Shown: positions 9,998-21,757 of the stretch, one piece after another
Position numbering within the stretch: position 1 is the stretch's first letter
Layout of the letters: each line of letters starts with the position of its first letter
Source of the DNA: an uncultured Alphaproteobacteria bacterium
Lineage (GTDB): Bacteria; Pseudomonadota; Alphaproteobacteria; Micropepsales; Micropepsaceae
Length of the DNA stretch: 64,000 nucleotides
Reading direction: 5' to 3'
Assembly: GCA_903837555.1 (NCBI GenBank)
Contig: CAILUV010000092.1
Location: 24,615-88,614 of the forward strand
Translations under genes and position numbers: made by a program
Notes under the pieces: model-generated
Databases searched by the model: none
What the model saw: only the letters and a program-made list of their open reading frames with translations
Told to the model about the DNA's origin: nothing

Positions 9998-10002
9998 GTC
10001 TT

Positions 10003-10995
10003 ATGATCCTGCTGATCATCCTCATCTGCGTCGCGCTGCTGTTCGATTTCCTGAACGGCCTGCACGACGCCGCCAACTCCATCGCCACCATCGTGTCGAC
10101 CCGCGTGCTCAGCCCCAAATATGCGGTGGCCTGGGCAGCCTTCTTCAACTTCATCGCCTTCACCGTGTTCGGCCTGCATGTCGCCAACACGGTGGGCACC
10201 GGTATCATTTCGCCCAGCGTGGTGTCCGACCAGGTGATCTTCGGCGCGCTGATGGGTGCGATCATCTGGAACGTCGTCACCTGGCTGGCGGGCATTCCCT
10301 CCTCCTCCTCGCACGCCTTGATCGGTGGGCTGGTCGGTGCGGGCATCTGCAAGGCCGGGTTCGACGCCGTGGTGGTCAAGGGCCTGGGCAAGACCATCGG
10401 CGCCATCGTGCTGTCGCCCGCCACCGGCTTCTTCCTGGCGTTGCTGCTGATCCTGATCGTGTCGTGGGCCTTCTTCAAATGGTCGCCCTACAAGGCCGAC
10501 AAGCTGTTTCGCTACGGCCAGTTTATCTCTGCCAGCGCCTATAGCCTGGGCCATGGCGGCAACGACGCGCAGAAGACCATGGGCATCATCGCGGTGCTGC
10601 TGTTCGCCCATGGCATGACCGGCGACACCTTCCATGTGCCTTTCTGGGTGGTGATCACCTGTCAGGCGGCGATGGGCCTGGGCACCCTGTTTGGCGGCTG
10701 GCGCATCGTGCGCACCATGGGTTCGCGGATCACCCACCTGACGCCGGTGCAGGGCGTCTGCGCCGAAACCGCCGGTTCGATCACGCTTTTTGCCGCGACA
10801 TGGCTCGGCATCCCCGTATCCACCACCCACACCATCACCGGCGCCATCATCGGCGTTGGCGCCGCGCGGCGCGTGTCGGCCGTGCGCTGGAACGTGGCCA
10901 AGGACATCGTCACCGCCTGGATCGTCACCATGCCCGCTTCAGGGCTGATCGCGGCGGTCTTCTACTTCCTGGGCGGCGCCTTCGGCATGACGTAG
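10003..10995 (+). CDS. pit: Inorganic phosphate transporter, PiT family
   Basis: Both PiT signatures (NGLHDAANSIAT, GHGGNDAQKTMG) plus GIPVSTTH. Confidence 0.93.
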   Translation: MILLIILICVALLFDFLNGLHDAANSIATIVSTRVLSPKYAVAWAAFFNFIAFTVFGLHVANTVGTGIISPSVVSDQVIFGALMGAIIWNVVTWLAGIPSSSSHALIGGLVGAGICKAGFDAVVVKGLGKTIGAIVLSPATGFFLALLLILIVSWAFFKWSPYKADKLFRYGQFISASAYSLGHGGNDAQKTMGIIAVLLFAHGMTGDTFHVPFWVVITCQAAMGLGTLFGGWRIVRTMGSRITHLTPVQGVCAETAGSITLFAATWLGIPVSTTHTITGAIIGVGAARRVSAVRWNVAKDIVTAWIVTMPASGLIAAVFYFLGGAFGMT

Positions 10996-11074
10996 GGCGC
11001 GTCGTCCATTCGTCATATTTTGGGCCGCAGACGGACCGCCCTAGAGTAACCCCAGCGAATCACGCAGGGCGGCT

Positions 11075-11512
11075 TTGGGCGATCCACTTTTTCGTGAACA
11101 TGGCAGTCAGGTCGCGGCGCTGTGCTGGCGCGCCGGCCCGCAGGTGCTGTTGATCACCTCGCTCACCACCCGGCGCTGGATCATTCCCAAGGGCTGGCGG
11201 GCCGATGGCATGACGCCGGCAGATGCCGCCGCACGCGAAGCGCTGGAAGAAGCCGGCGTCACCGGCAAGATCACCCCCCAGCCCATCGGCAGCTTTCACT
11301 ATCTCAAGGAACGCAAGGACGGCGGCGGCGTGCCCTGCAGCGTCGCTGTCTTTGCGCTGGAAGTCACCGGGCAGCTCGATGACTGGCCGGAAAAAGGCGC
11401 GCGCGAACTGGCATGGCTGTCGCCCGATGCGGCGGCCGCCAAAGTGTCGGAACCGGGGCTGCGCGAACTGCTGCGCGGCTTTGGCGAAAAGCCCGCCCGC
11501 CGCGCCGTTTAA
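11075..11512 (+). CDS. Nudix hydrolase, DIPP/Ap6A-like subfamily
   Basis: VLLITS..TRRWIIPKG...AAAREALEEAGV and DWPE...R.W motifs; TTG start uncertain. Confidence 0.85.
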   Translation: MGDPLFREHGSQVAALCWRAGPQVLLITSLTTRRWIIPKGWRADGMTPADAAAREALEEAGVTGKITPQPIGSFHYLKERKDGGGVPCSVAVFALEVTGQLDDWPEKGARELAWLSPDAAAAKVSEPGLRELLRGFGEKPARRAV

Positions 11513-12981
11513 TCGTTCACCAGGTCCAGCGGATAAAAAGGCCGCGTCACGTTTGTGAACGGTATCCGCCGCATGTTCACGCAGGTCGGTCCCGGCGTGT
11601 CGGCCAGGAAAATCCGCGCCGCGATGGGCGTGTAGGACACTCGGAAGTGCGAGGGCGAGCGCACGAACACCAGCGCCGCCGCCGCCGGGTCCAGCCCCAC
11701 CGACTTGTGAATGCCCAGGTCCCATTCGAAATGCGGGATGGAGCGCAGGTTGACGCGGATCGACCCGATCGCCAGCACCACCGTCAGACCCATCTCGCCC
11801 ACCATGCCGTTGCCACCCGGCCCTTCCAGCACATACTGGCCATCGCTGATGGTTTTGACTTTCGCCGTGATGGTGAGCGGATCGCCCAGGCCCGAGCGCT
11901 TGTGCCCCACGCCCAGCGTGATGGTCTTGCCCACGCCCGCCTTGGCCGCCTGCGCGGCCGCCTCGGCATCGCAGATGGTGCAGATGGAAATGCGGTCGCT
12001 CCTGTCGGCATTCGCATGCAGCAAGGCGGCCAGCACGGCGGTGGAATCCGCTGCCGCCCCGCCCGACGGCGTGTCACCGGAATCGCTGGCCACCGTCAGG
12101 CCCGGCGATGTGAGCCCGATGCGGATAATCTCGTCCAAGGGCGTGACGTCGGGCTCGAATTCCGCGCGGCGGTCCCAGGCCATCTGCGCCAGCCTGTCGG
12201 CTGCGGCCTGCGCCTTGTGAATATCCTCGCCGCAGACCAGCGCGGCAAAACCCAGATCGGGCGTGTCGATCCAGGGCTGCACCGGGAACAGCGAGACATG
12301 CAGCACCTCGCCGCGCGCTTCCATGGCGCGGCCTTCCGCCACGATGTCGCTGAGCGGCGGGGCGGTGGTGCGGGCCGAATCCGGGCTGAAAACCATGTGT
12401 TTCTTGGCCAGCGCCATCACCGGCTTCACCTTGCCGCCCACCCAGTCGATCAACAGCCGCGTGGCGCGATAGCCCGTCTCGTACATGTCGATATGGGGAA
12501 ATTCGCGATAGCCGATATAGGCGACATCCGGCTGGATCATCGCCGCCGTGATATGGCCGTGCAGGTCGAGCGAAACGGTGATGGGCGTGCCGGGCGGCAA
12601 TTCGGCGCGCACCCGCCGCACGATCTCCGCTTCCGCATCAGGCTCATCTTCGAGGATCATCGCGCCATGCAGCGCCAGGAACACGCCATCCACCGGCAGC
12701 ACGGCACGCAGCCGCTCCAGTATTTCGGTCATCAGGATTTCAAAGCTGGCGCGTTCCACCGTGCCCGACGCCATCGCCATGGTGGCGAGCAGCGGCAACG
12801 GCGTGGCGCCGGCTTCACGGCAGGCGTCCAGCGCGCCCGGCACTTCCAGCCGGGCATTGCCGAAGGCGGTCAGAATATCATCGCCGCGATAAAGATACTG
12901 GTCTTCGAACGTCTGCACCGTGGTGGTGAAGGGCACGAAACTGTTGGTTTCCTGCTTGAACTCGGCAATAGCGATGCGCAT
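11509..12981 (-). CDS. M81 family metallopeptidase (MlrC-like), copy 1
   Basis: QETNSF, LALHGAM, DLHGH, YREFPHIDMYE, DSGDTPSGG motifs. Confidence 0.88.
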   Translation of the reverse strand: MRIAIAEFKQETNSFVPFTTTVQTFEDQYLYRGDDILTAFGNARLEVPGALDACREAGATPLPLLATMAMASGTVERASFEILMTEILERLRAVLPVDGVFLALHGAMILEDEPDAEAEIVRRVRAELPPGTPITVSLDLHGHITAAMIQPDVAYIGYREFPHIDMYETGYRATRLLIDWVGGKVKPVMALAKKHMVFSPDSARTTAPPLSDIVAEGRAMEARGEVLHVSLFPVQPWIDTPDLGFAALVCGEDIHKAQAAADRLAQMAWDRRAEFEPDVTPLDEIIRIGLTSPGLTVASDSGDTPSGGAAADSTAVLAALLHANADRSDRISICTICDAEAAAQAAKAGVGKTITLGVGHKRSGLGDPLTITAKVKTISDGQYVLEGPGGNGMVGEMGLTVVLAIGSIRVNLRSIPHFEWDLGIHKSVGLDPAAAALVFVRSPSHFRVSYTPIAARIFLADTPGPTCVNMRRIPFTNVTRPFYPLDLVND

Positions 12982-12989
12982 GCGCTCTC

Positions 12990-14593
<1,604 letters not shown>

Positions 14594-14594
<1 letters not shown>

Positions 14595-15421
14595 CAGCGC
14601 CGCCTGCGGGGATTGAGTGCATCATTCAGCCCGTCGCCGATAAAGTTCAGCGCCAGCACCGTGATCATGATCGCCAGACCGGGCAGCACCGTCGTCCACC
14701 ACGCCACCCACATGGCCGAACGCGAGCCGCCGATCATGCTGCCCCAGCTCAGAAGATTGGGGTCGCCCAACCCCAGAAAGCTCAGCGCCGATTCCGTCAG
14801 GATGGCGCTGCCCACCATCATCGACCCCACCACGATGATCGGCGGCAGGGCATTGGGCAGCACTTGTGTGAAGATGATGCGGGCATCGCGCATGCCCAAG
14901 GTGCGCGCCGCCTGCACGAATTCGCGGCCGCGCAAACTCAGAAATTCGCCGCGCACCACCCGCGCCACCTGTGGCCAGGTCACCAGCGCAATGCCGATCA
15001 CGGTCGAACTCAGGGACGGCTGCAGGAAGGCGACCAGCACCATCAGCAGTACGAAGCTGGGTATGATCTGGAAGAATTCGGTGACCCGCATCAGCAAATC
15101 GTCCAGCCAGCCGCCATAATAACCAGCCACCGCGCCCAGCAGAACGCCGATGCCCACCGCGCAAAGCGTCGAGGTAATGCCGACCAGCAGCGAGATGCGC
15201 GCGCCGTAAGCCAGCCCCACCGCCATGTCGCGGCCCAGCACATCGCTACCCGCCAGCAAGCCCGGCGCGCCCGGCGGCAGCAGCGGCATGCCGACAATGA
15301 TGAACGGCCCACGCCCGAACAGCAGCGGCGCCAGCAGCGCCAGCGCCACGATCACCGCGAAAATCACCAGCCCCACCAGCGGAATGGGCCGCGAGAAGAA
15401 GACGCGCAGGAAATCCTTCAT
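14594..15421 (-). CDS. Peptide ABC transporter permease (DppC/OppC-like)
   Basis: GSDVLGRD, EFVQAARTLG (EAA loop), ESALSFLGLG. Confidence 0.93.
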
Positions 15422-16395
15422 CGCCCCTGCTCCACCCGCGGATCGGCGATGGAATAGGCGATGTCGGTCACCAGGTTGAACAGGCTGACCAGAACCGCCG
15501 TGACGATGAAGATTCCCAGCAGCAGGGGATTGTCGCGCGTGGTCACCGCTTCATAGGCCAGCGTGCCGACGCCCGGCCAGCTAAAGACATTCTCCACCAG
15601 CACGCTGCCGCCCACCAGAATGGCGGATTGCAAACCGGCAAAGGTGATCAGCGGCACCAGCGCGTTGCGCAGGATGTGGCGGCGCGCCACCTGGCCTTCG
15701 CCGATACCCTTGGCCCGCGCGGTCTTCACGAAATCCTGATCGGCGACTTCGATCATCGCGGTGCGCGTCAGCCGCGCATAGCTGGCCATGAAATACAGCG
15801 CCAAGGTCACGCCCGGCAGGATCATGTGGACCGCAATATCGCCCAGCCGCGCCAGCCCGGTGTAATCGGCGCCCATGGTTTCCAGCCCGAAGGGCGGCAG
15901 CCAGCCCAGCCAGACCGAAAAGACCAGCATCGCCATCATGCCCAGCCAGAATTGCGGCATGGCATAGAAGATCATCGACAGCACGGTCATCGACGCATCG
16001 GTGGTCGAACCGGGCCGCCGCGCCGCCGCCATGCCCATCAGCACGCCGCCCGCCACCGCCACCAGAAGCGCAAAGGCATTCAGCAGCAGCGTATTGGGCA
16101 GGCGTTCCAGGATCACGTCCAGCACTGGCTGGCGGCGCACAAAGCTGTTGCCCAGATCGCCTCCCGCCACCGCGCTGATATATTTCCACAATTGCACCAG
16201 CACGGGCTGATCCAGCCCATATTCGGCGCGCAGTGATTTCATGAAGGCTTCGTCGGCAAAGCCCCCCTGCCCCGCCATCACCGTGGCAGTGTCACCCGGC
16301 GCCAGCCGCACCAGAAAGAAACTCAGCAGAACCACCGCGATGGTGATCAGCACCGTCTTGACCAGGCGCGCGCCGATGTAGGACAGGCGGTTCAT
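15418..16395 (-). CDS. Peptide ABC transporter permease (DppB/OppB-like)
   Basis: YGLDQP, RLPNTL, DFVKTARAKG, ENVFSWPG; ATG overlaps the upstream stop (ATGA). Confidence 0.93.
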   Translation of the reverse strand: MNRLSYIGARLVKTVLITIAVVLLSFFLVRLAPGDTATVMAGQGGFADEAFMKSLRAEYGLDQPVLVQLWKYISAVAGGDLGNSFVRRQPVLDVILERLPNTLLLNAFALLVAVAGGVLMGMAAARRPGSTTDASMTVLSMIFYAMPQFWLGMMAMLVFSVWLGWLPPFGLETMGADYTGLARLGDIAVHMILPGVTLALYFMASYARLTRTAMIEVADQDFVKTARAKGIGEGQVARRHILRNALVPLITFAGLQSAILVGGSVLVENVFSWPGVGTLAYEAVTTRDNPLLLGIFIVTAVLVSLFNLVTDIAYSIADPRVEQGR

Positions 16396-17978
16396 GCCAA
16401 CTTGACCGAACCAAAACCGTCGGCCGGGCCGTTGGGCCCCATGATCACATCCTTTAGCCGCTTGTTGTAGAAGAACATCGGCTGGCGCTCGAACAGCCAG
16501 CACATGGCGACGTCGCGCGTCAGCACATGCTGCAGCCGGCTATAGTGCTTCTGGATTTCAGCAGGATCGACCGCCACCGCCGCCTTGTGGAACAGCGCAT
16601 CCACTTCGGGATTGTTGTAGCCCTGGATGTTGGTCTGCGGCACGCCCTTCCTGATGTTCGACGACAGGAAGAAGCGCGCCGTGCCGATGGCAGGATCGCC
16701 ATACTGGCCATAGGAATTGCAGTCGACGTCGAAATCCCAGTTGCCGCTGCGGCGGCTGAAGGTGGGCCAGTCGGTGGATTCCAGCGTCACATCGAGGCCG
16801 ACTTCGGACAGCGCCTGCTTGACGTAATGGCACCCGCGCGTCCAATGCCCGCCGCCGTCGGGGATCATCATGATGGCGAAGCGGTGGCGGATGCCGCCAC
16901 GCCCCGGCTTCAATCCCATCTCGTCCAGCAACGCTCGGGCGCGCGCCTGATCGAAGGGATATTTCACCAGCGCCTTTTCGTCATAGTAAGGCAGGTTCGA
17001 CGGGATCGGCCCGGTCGCCACCTTGCCCAGGCCGAAGTTGATCGCCTTGACCAGGAAATTGCGATCGATGGCGTGCATGAAGGCGGCGCGAAACCGGCGG
17101 TCGCCGAACGGCCAGCGGCGATGGTTCATTTCCATCACCGTAATTTCGCCAGTGCCGTTGAAGGCATCGGCGCGCCCGATCACATTGGGATTGGCCATCA
17201 TGCGCGAATTGACCACCGTGTCGATATCGTCGGCCATGGCGAAATCCGCCGCGCCCGATTCCATCGCCACCAGCCTTTGTTCAGACGTGGGACAGACGCG
17301 GTAATATATGCCGTCCATGCCCGGCTGATCCTTGCGCCAGTAATGGGGATTGCGGGTGAGGTGAATATACTGGCCGCGAACCCATCGATTGAAGCGGAAG
17401 GGCCCGGTGCCGACAGGACTGAAGTTGCGCGGATTGGTGCGGAAATCGGTGCCCTCAAAGATATGCGCCGGCATGATCGGCGCGCTGGAGGCCATCAGCG
17501 ACAGCAGGAAGGCGTTGAACGGCTGCTTCATGTCGAAGCGCACGGTGTATCGGTCCACCGCCGTGATTGTGCGCACATGGCTGAAGGCATTGCGGCTGCG
17601 CGGATTGAGCTGCGGCAGCATGGTACCGCAGCTGAACACCACGTCGCGCGCCGTGAACGGCACGCCGTCATGCCAGCGCACATCGGGACGCAAATGGAAA
17701 GTATAGCGCATGCCGTCGGGCGTCATCTCAAAGGCCCGCGCCAGATTGGGATGCGGCTTGAACTGCCAATCGAACAGCAGCAGCGATTCCTGAATGTTGC
17801 CGCAGATTTCCTGCATGATGCGGGTGTTGAACAGCGGATAGTTCAGATGCGCCGGTTCATCCGTCATCATGGCGCTGATGGTGCGTTGCCGCGCCGTCGT
17901 ACCGGAAGCTTGCGCCCATGCGGGCACAGCGGCCAGACTCGCCGCGGCGCCCAACATCGCGCGGCGATCAAATTCCAT
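16392..17978 (-). CDS. ABC transporter substrate-binding protein, family 5, Tat-type leader
   Basis: MEFDRRAMLG leader; YTFHLRPDVRWHDGVPFTARDV and PVGTGPF motifs. Confidence 0.93.
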   Translation of the reverse strand: MEFDRRAMLGAAASLAAVPAWAQASGTTARQRTISAMMTDEPAHLNYPLFNTRIMQEICGNIQESLLLFDWQFKPHPNLARAFEMTPDGMRYTFHLRPDVRWHDGVPFTARDVVFSCGTMLPQLNPRSRNAFSHVRTITAVDRYTVRFDMKQPFNAFLLSLMASSAPIMPAHIFEGTDFRTNPRNFSPVGTGPFRFNRWVRGQYIHLTRNPHYWRKDQPGMDGIYYRVCPTSEQRLVAMESGAADFAMADDIDTVVNSRMMANPNVIGRADAFNGTGEITVMEMNHRRWPFGDRRFRAAFMHAIDRNFLVKAINFGLGKVATGPIPSNLPYYDEKALVKYPFDQARARALLDEMGLKPGRGGIRHRFAIMMIPDGGGHWTRGCHYVKQALSEVGLDVTLESTDWPTFSRRSGNWDFDVDCNSYGQYGDPAIGTARFFLSSNIRKGVPQTNIQGYNNPEVDALFHKAAVAVDPAEIQKHYSRLQHVLTRDVAMCWLFERQPMFFYNKRLKDVIMGPNGPADGFGSVKLA

Positions 17979-19462
17979 CAGGCTTCAAGCCGATCCAGCG
18001 GATACACCGGCCGCCGCAATTTTGTGTAAGGCAACCGCGTGATGTCCGAGGTGCATGGCCCGCTGGTGGAAACTGTGAACTCGCCCGCCGCGATCTTGCC
18101 ATAGGCGACGCGGTGCCCCACCGCCGCCTTGACGCCGATCATGGTGAGGTCTTCGGGGTTCACGCCCTGGCTGCGCCACTGGCCCAGATCAAACGGTGGC
18201 AGCGCCTTGCTGGTCAGCAAAATCGTCAGGCCTTTATGCTTGACCACGGCGCACGGTCCCATGCGGATGATCTTGCCGAGCGATCCCACCAGATGGGAGT
18301 TCTTGTCTTCCAGTTCGAACACCCCGTCGCTCTTGGACACGACTTCGACTTCCAGCGTCAGCGGGCCGGGATCAAGCGGCGAGCTGCCGCCGATGGCCAG
18401 CGTCGCCTTGCCGCCAACCGGAACGTCCGCAAGCGCGGCGACATTTTTGGCATTGGCCAGCGCCACGCCCGCGCCCTGCACATTGTATTTCAGCAGCGCC
18501 CGCATCACATCGGTGCCATCGCCGGGCGCGCCGCCGCCGATATTGTCGGCCGGTTCCACCAAGAGGATCGGGCCTTTGCCGGCGGGCTTGAAGTCGCGCA
18601 CCACGGCGTCGAGATCATGCTCGGGCGGAATGCCGCCTTCGCGCATGTCCCAGGCAATCTGCGCCAGTTCGCGCAAACCTTCCTGCGCGCGCCCCATATC
18701 GCCCTCGGTAATGATGCTGAAAGCCACGCCTGCGTTGGGCACGTCGGAAAAGGCGTAGCCGCCGACAATGTTCGCCGCCAGTACGCCGGGAATCTCTTTC
18801 TCCATCCGCCGCGCCGCGTCTTCCAGCGCCCGCATCGGGCCATCCTTGGTGCCGGTGCCCGTGGGCGGCCAGACAATCGGCGTCACCAGCACCAGATGCT
18901 TGGGCCGCACGCCGGTCTTCAAGCAACGCGCCAGCAATTCCGATGTCAGCACCGCGCTGTCGAAGGCGTCGGTGTGCGGGCATTCACGGTAGAAGATCAT
19001 GCAGTCCGACAGCGCGCCCATGCGCGGCGTCAGGGTGGCGTGCAGGTCGCCGACGCAATACATCGGCAGGCTTTCCGCGCCCAGGGTGTTTCGGATGCGG
19101 GCCATCAACTCGCCCTCGGGATCGTCGCACTGGCTGGTGACCATCGCGCCATGCAGCGACAGATGAATGGCGTCCAGCCCTTCGGCCAGCGCCTTTTCCA
19201 GATACGGCTTCACCTCGCTCCAGAATGTCTCGAACACCGCGTGATCGACCGTGCCCGAGGCGCCGCCGGTATAGACAACGCTGGGCACAACCTCCCAACC
19301 GTACTTTTCGGCGACACTCAAAAAGCCGTCGATCTGAGAGGCATCGCCGCGGCGGGCGGTAATTTCCGCCCCGCGATGAATATCGAAGCCTTCAAAACCG
19401 GTGGTCTCGCCCGAGAAGGAATGGGTTTCGTGAAAGATTCCGGCAACGAAAACCCGTGTCAT
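17978..19462 (-). CDS. M81 family metallopeptidase (MlrC-like), copy 2
   Basis: HETHSF, LSLHGAM, DLHAT, YRECPHTD, ADNIGGGAPGD; start moved to MTRVFVAG. Confidence 0.88.
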   Translation of the reverse strand: MTRVFVAGIFHETHSFSGETTGFEGFDIHRGAEITARRGDASQIDGFLSVAEKYGWEVVPSVVYTGGASGTVDHAVFETFWSEVKPYLEKALAEGLDAIHLSLHGAMVTSQCDDPEGELMARIRNTLGAESLPMYCVGDLHATLTPRMGALSDCMIFYRECPHTDAFDSAVLTSELLARCLKTGVRPKHLVLVTPIVWPPTGTGTKDGPMRALEDAARRMEKEIPGVLAANIVGGYAFSDVPNAGVAFSIITEGDMGRAQEGLRELAQIAWDMREGGIPPEHDLDAVVRDFKPAGKGPILLVEPADNIGGGAPGDGTDVMRALLKYNVQGAGVALANAKNVAALADVPVGGKATLAIGGSSPLDPGPLTLEVEVVSKSDGVFELEDKNSHLVGSLGKIIRMGPCAVVKHKGLTILLTSKALPPFDLGQWRSQGVNPEDLTMIGVKAAVGHRVAYGKIAAGEFTVSTSGPCTSDITRLPYTKLRRPVYPLDRLEA

Positions 19463-19590
19463 GACAGCCCCTTGTTTTTTGAAACTCTCCCGTTTTTTCC
19501 AAGTCCTTGCAAGCATGGCACCCATGGCGGCGCAGCATTGGTGCGCTATCGCGAACCGGCCTAAAAAGATGTACCCGAACGGATCGTCCC

Positions 19591-20352
19591 GTGCTGCTGC
19601 TCAAAATCACCCTTATCCCGCTGGCGGTCCTGGCGCTGGGCATCATGGAACGGCTGCACGGCCCACGGGTGGCCGGCTGGCTTTCGGGATTCCCGGTGGT
19701 GGCCTTCCCGCTGCTGCTGTTCGTGACCCTCGATCATGGCGGAGACTTCGGCAGCGCTAGCGCCCTGGGCGCCTGGTACGGGCTGGTGGCCTGGCTCAGC
19801 TTTGCCATGACCTATTCCTGGTGCTCGCGCCGGTTGAACTGGCTGTGGTGCATCGTGATCAGCTTCGCGGTCTGGACCGTGATGGCGCTGGTAATGCTGG
19901 AAGCCCAGCAATTCTCGGTCTGGACGGAGCTTTTGCCGGTTGCGGCCTTCATCGTGGCGCTGCTCTCCTACCCGCGCGGCGAAGCTTCCGACGAGCAGCG
20001 CGAGCATGTCTGGTGGGGTCTTCCGGCGCGGATGCTGGCAGGCGCGGTGCTGACGGTGGTGGTGACGCAGTTCTCCGAAGGCCTGGGCTCGCGCTGGTCG
20101 GGCATGTTCTCCACCTTCCCCATGCTGGGATCAGTGATCGCGGTGTCCAACCACATTCAATATGGCCCCCGCGCCGTGCAGGAAGCCGTGGCCGGCATGT
20201 CGATGGGCATCGCCTCGATCGGCGCCTTTTGCTTCGTGCTGTATATGCTGCTGCCCAATACCAGTATGTGGGCAGCCTTCGGCCTGGCGCTGGTGGCGTC
20301 TTCCACCGCCCACGCCCTCACTTACCTCCTGTTCAAGAACAAGAAGGCTTAG
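19591..20352 (+). CDS. Uncharacterised multi-pass membrane protein
   Basis: Roughly 8 hydrophobic segments with two related halves (GWLSGFPVV.. / GMFSTFPML..); GTG start uncertain. Confidence 0.7.
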   Translation: MLLLKITLIPLAVLALGIMERLHGPRVAGWLSGFPVVAFPLLLFVTLDHGGDFGSASALGAWYGLVAWLSFAMTYSWCSRRLNWLWCIVISFAVWTVMALVMLEAQQFSVWTELLPVAAFIVALLSYPRGEASDEQREHVWWGLPARMLAGAVLTVVVTQFSEGLGSRWSGMFSTFPMLGSVIAVSNHIQYGPRAVQEAVAGMSMGIASIGAFCFVLYMLLPNTSMWAAFGLALVASSTAHALTYLLFKNKKA

Positions 20353-21650
20353 GCGATTTCCTTCGCGGCGCCGCGGACGGCTTCCAGCGTCGCATCGATC
20401 ACGGCGTCATTGTGCTCGGACGAAACAAACCAGGCGCCACGTTCCAGCACCCGCACACCGCGCTTGAGCAGCGCATGGGCGAACTTCACATACCGCGCCT
20501 TATCACTTTTCAGCAGGTCGCGATAATTCTTCGCTGGCGCGTCCAGCCCGAAACCGACATGGAACATTAGCTCAAAGCCGGTCACCTGCGCCTTGATGCC
20601 ATTTTCTCTCAGGATCGCAGCAATGCCCTCGCGCAGCCGTACGCCGCGCTTGGAGCTTTGTTCATAATGTTCCGGCGTCAGCGCCTTCTGCGTCGCCACC
20701 ATCGCCGCCATCGTCACCGGCTGGGCATTGAAGGTGCCGCCGTGCAGCACGCCATCCTTCACGAACATGTCGAGCAGATCGGCGCGGCCGACAATCGCCG
20801 CCACCGGAAAGCCATTGGCGATGGCCTTGGCGAAGATCGACAGGTCGGGCGTCACGCCGAAGCGGCCTTGGGCACTGTTGCGACCCAAGCGGAAACCGGT
20901 GATCACTTCGTCGAAAATCAGGATCGCACCATGCTTGCGGCATAGCGCCTGCGCCCCTTCGAGATATCCGGCTGCGGGCGCAATCGCGCCCTGATTGCAC
21001 ATGGCGGGCTCCATGATCACGCCCGCGATATCACCCTTGGCCAGCCGCGCTTCCAGCTTACCCAGATCGTTCCAGCCGATCACGTAGAGCCCTGCGGCAT
21101 CGACCAGGTCCTGGCCCTTACTGCCCGCGACCAGCACCGGCGCATCTTCCGGGCCGGCCGCATTCTCGCCCGGCGCGGTGGACCACAAAATATTGTCGAA
21201 CCAGCCATGATAATGGCCTTCAAATTTCAGGATAATGCGCTTGCCCGTGGCGGCGCGCGCCAGCCGGAACGCGGCCTGCGCCACTTCCGAACCGGATGAG
21301 CCGAAGCGGATGCGCTCGGCACTGGGAATGCGTTCGCACAGAATCTGCGCCGCCTCGAATTCGATTTCCGACTGGCCCGCATACAGGATGCCTTTTTCGA
21401 CCTGCGCCTTCACAGCCTCCTGCACGCCCTTGGGCGTGTGGCCCAGGACCATCGCGCCCATGCCGCAGTAATAGTCGATCAGCCGGTTGCCATCGACATC
21501 GATCAGATAGGCGCCTTCGCCGCGCTGGAACACCAGCGGCCCGCCCGCCATACCGATGCGGAAATTGCTGTTAATGCCGCCCGCAATATGTTTGGCGCTT
21601 TGCGCCACCAGCTGCGCCGACCGCGCGAACGACATATCAGAACCAGTCAT
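20349..21650 (-). CDS. Class-III PLP aminotransferase, glutamate-1-semialdehyde aminomutase-like (probably not HemL itself)
   Basis: GSSGSE, KFEGHYHG, FDEVITGFR, FAKAIANGFP, GTFNA; GGINSNFR instead of the HemL GGVNSPVRAF. Confidence 0.88.
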   Translation of the reverse strand: MTGSDMSFARSAQLVAQSAKHIAGGINSNFRIGMAGGPLVFQRGEGAYLIDVDGNRLIDYYCGMGAMVLGHTPKGVQEAVKAQVEKGILYAGQSEIEFEAAQILCERIPSAERIRFGSSGSEVAQAAFRLARAATGKRIILKFEGHYHGWFDNILWSTAPGENAAGPEDAPVLVAGSKGQDLVDAAGLYVIGWNDLGKLEARLAKGDIAGVIMEPAMCNQGAIAPAAGYLEGAQALCRKHGAILIFDEVITGFRLGRNSAQGRFGVTPDLSIFAKAIANGFPVAAIVGRADLLDMFVKDGVLHGGTFNAQPVTMAAMVATQKALTPEHYEQSSKRGVRLREGIAAILRENGIKAQVTGFELMFHVGFGLDAPAKNYRDLLKSDKARYVKFAHALLKRGVRVLERGAWFVSSEHNDAVIDATLEAVRGAAKEIA

Positions 21651-21757
21651 TTTGAACCCTTTTCGACCTTGAGCGGGTGAGATTGGCAACATTATCCCTT
21701 GAGAAGCGGGTTTTCTCACCTCAAAATGGGCGGGAACAGCTCGTGGCCGGAAGAATA

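Noticed and set aside
20349-21650. Calling the aminotransferase hemL
   Set aside because: The N-terminal signature deviates and the context is catabolic; alphaproteobacteria generally make ALA by the C4 route.
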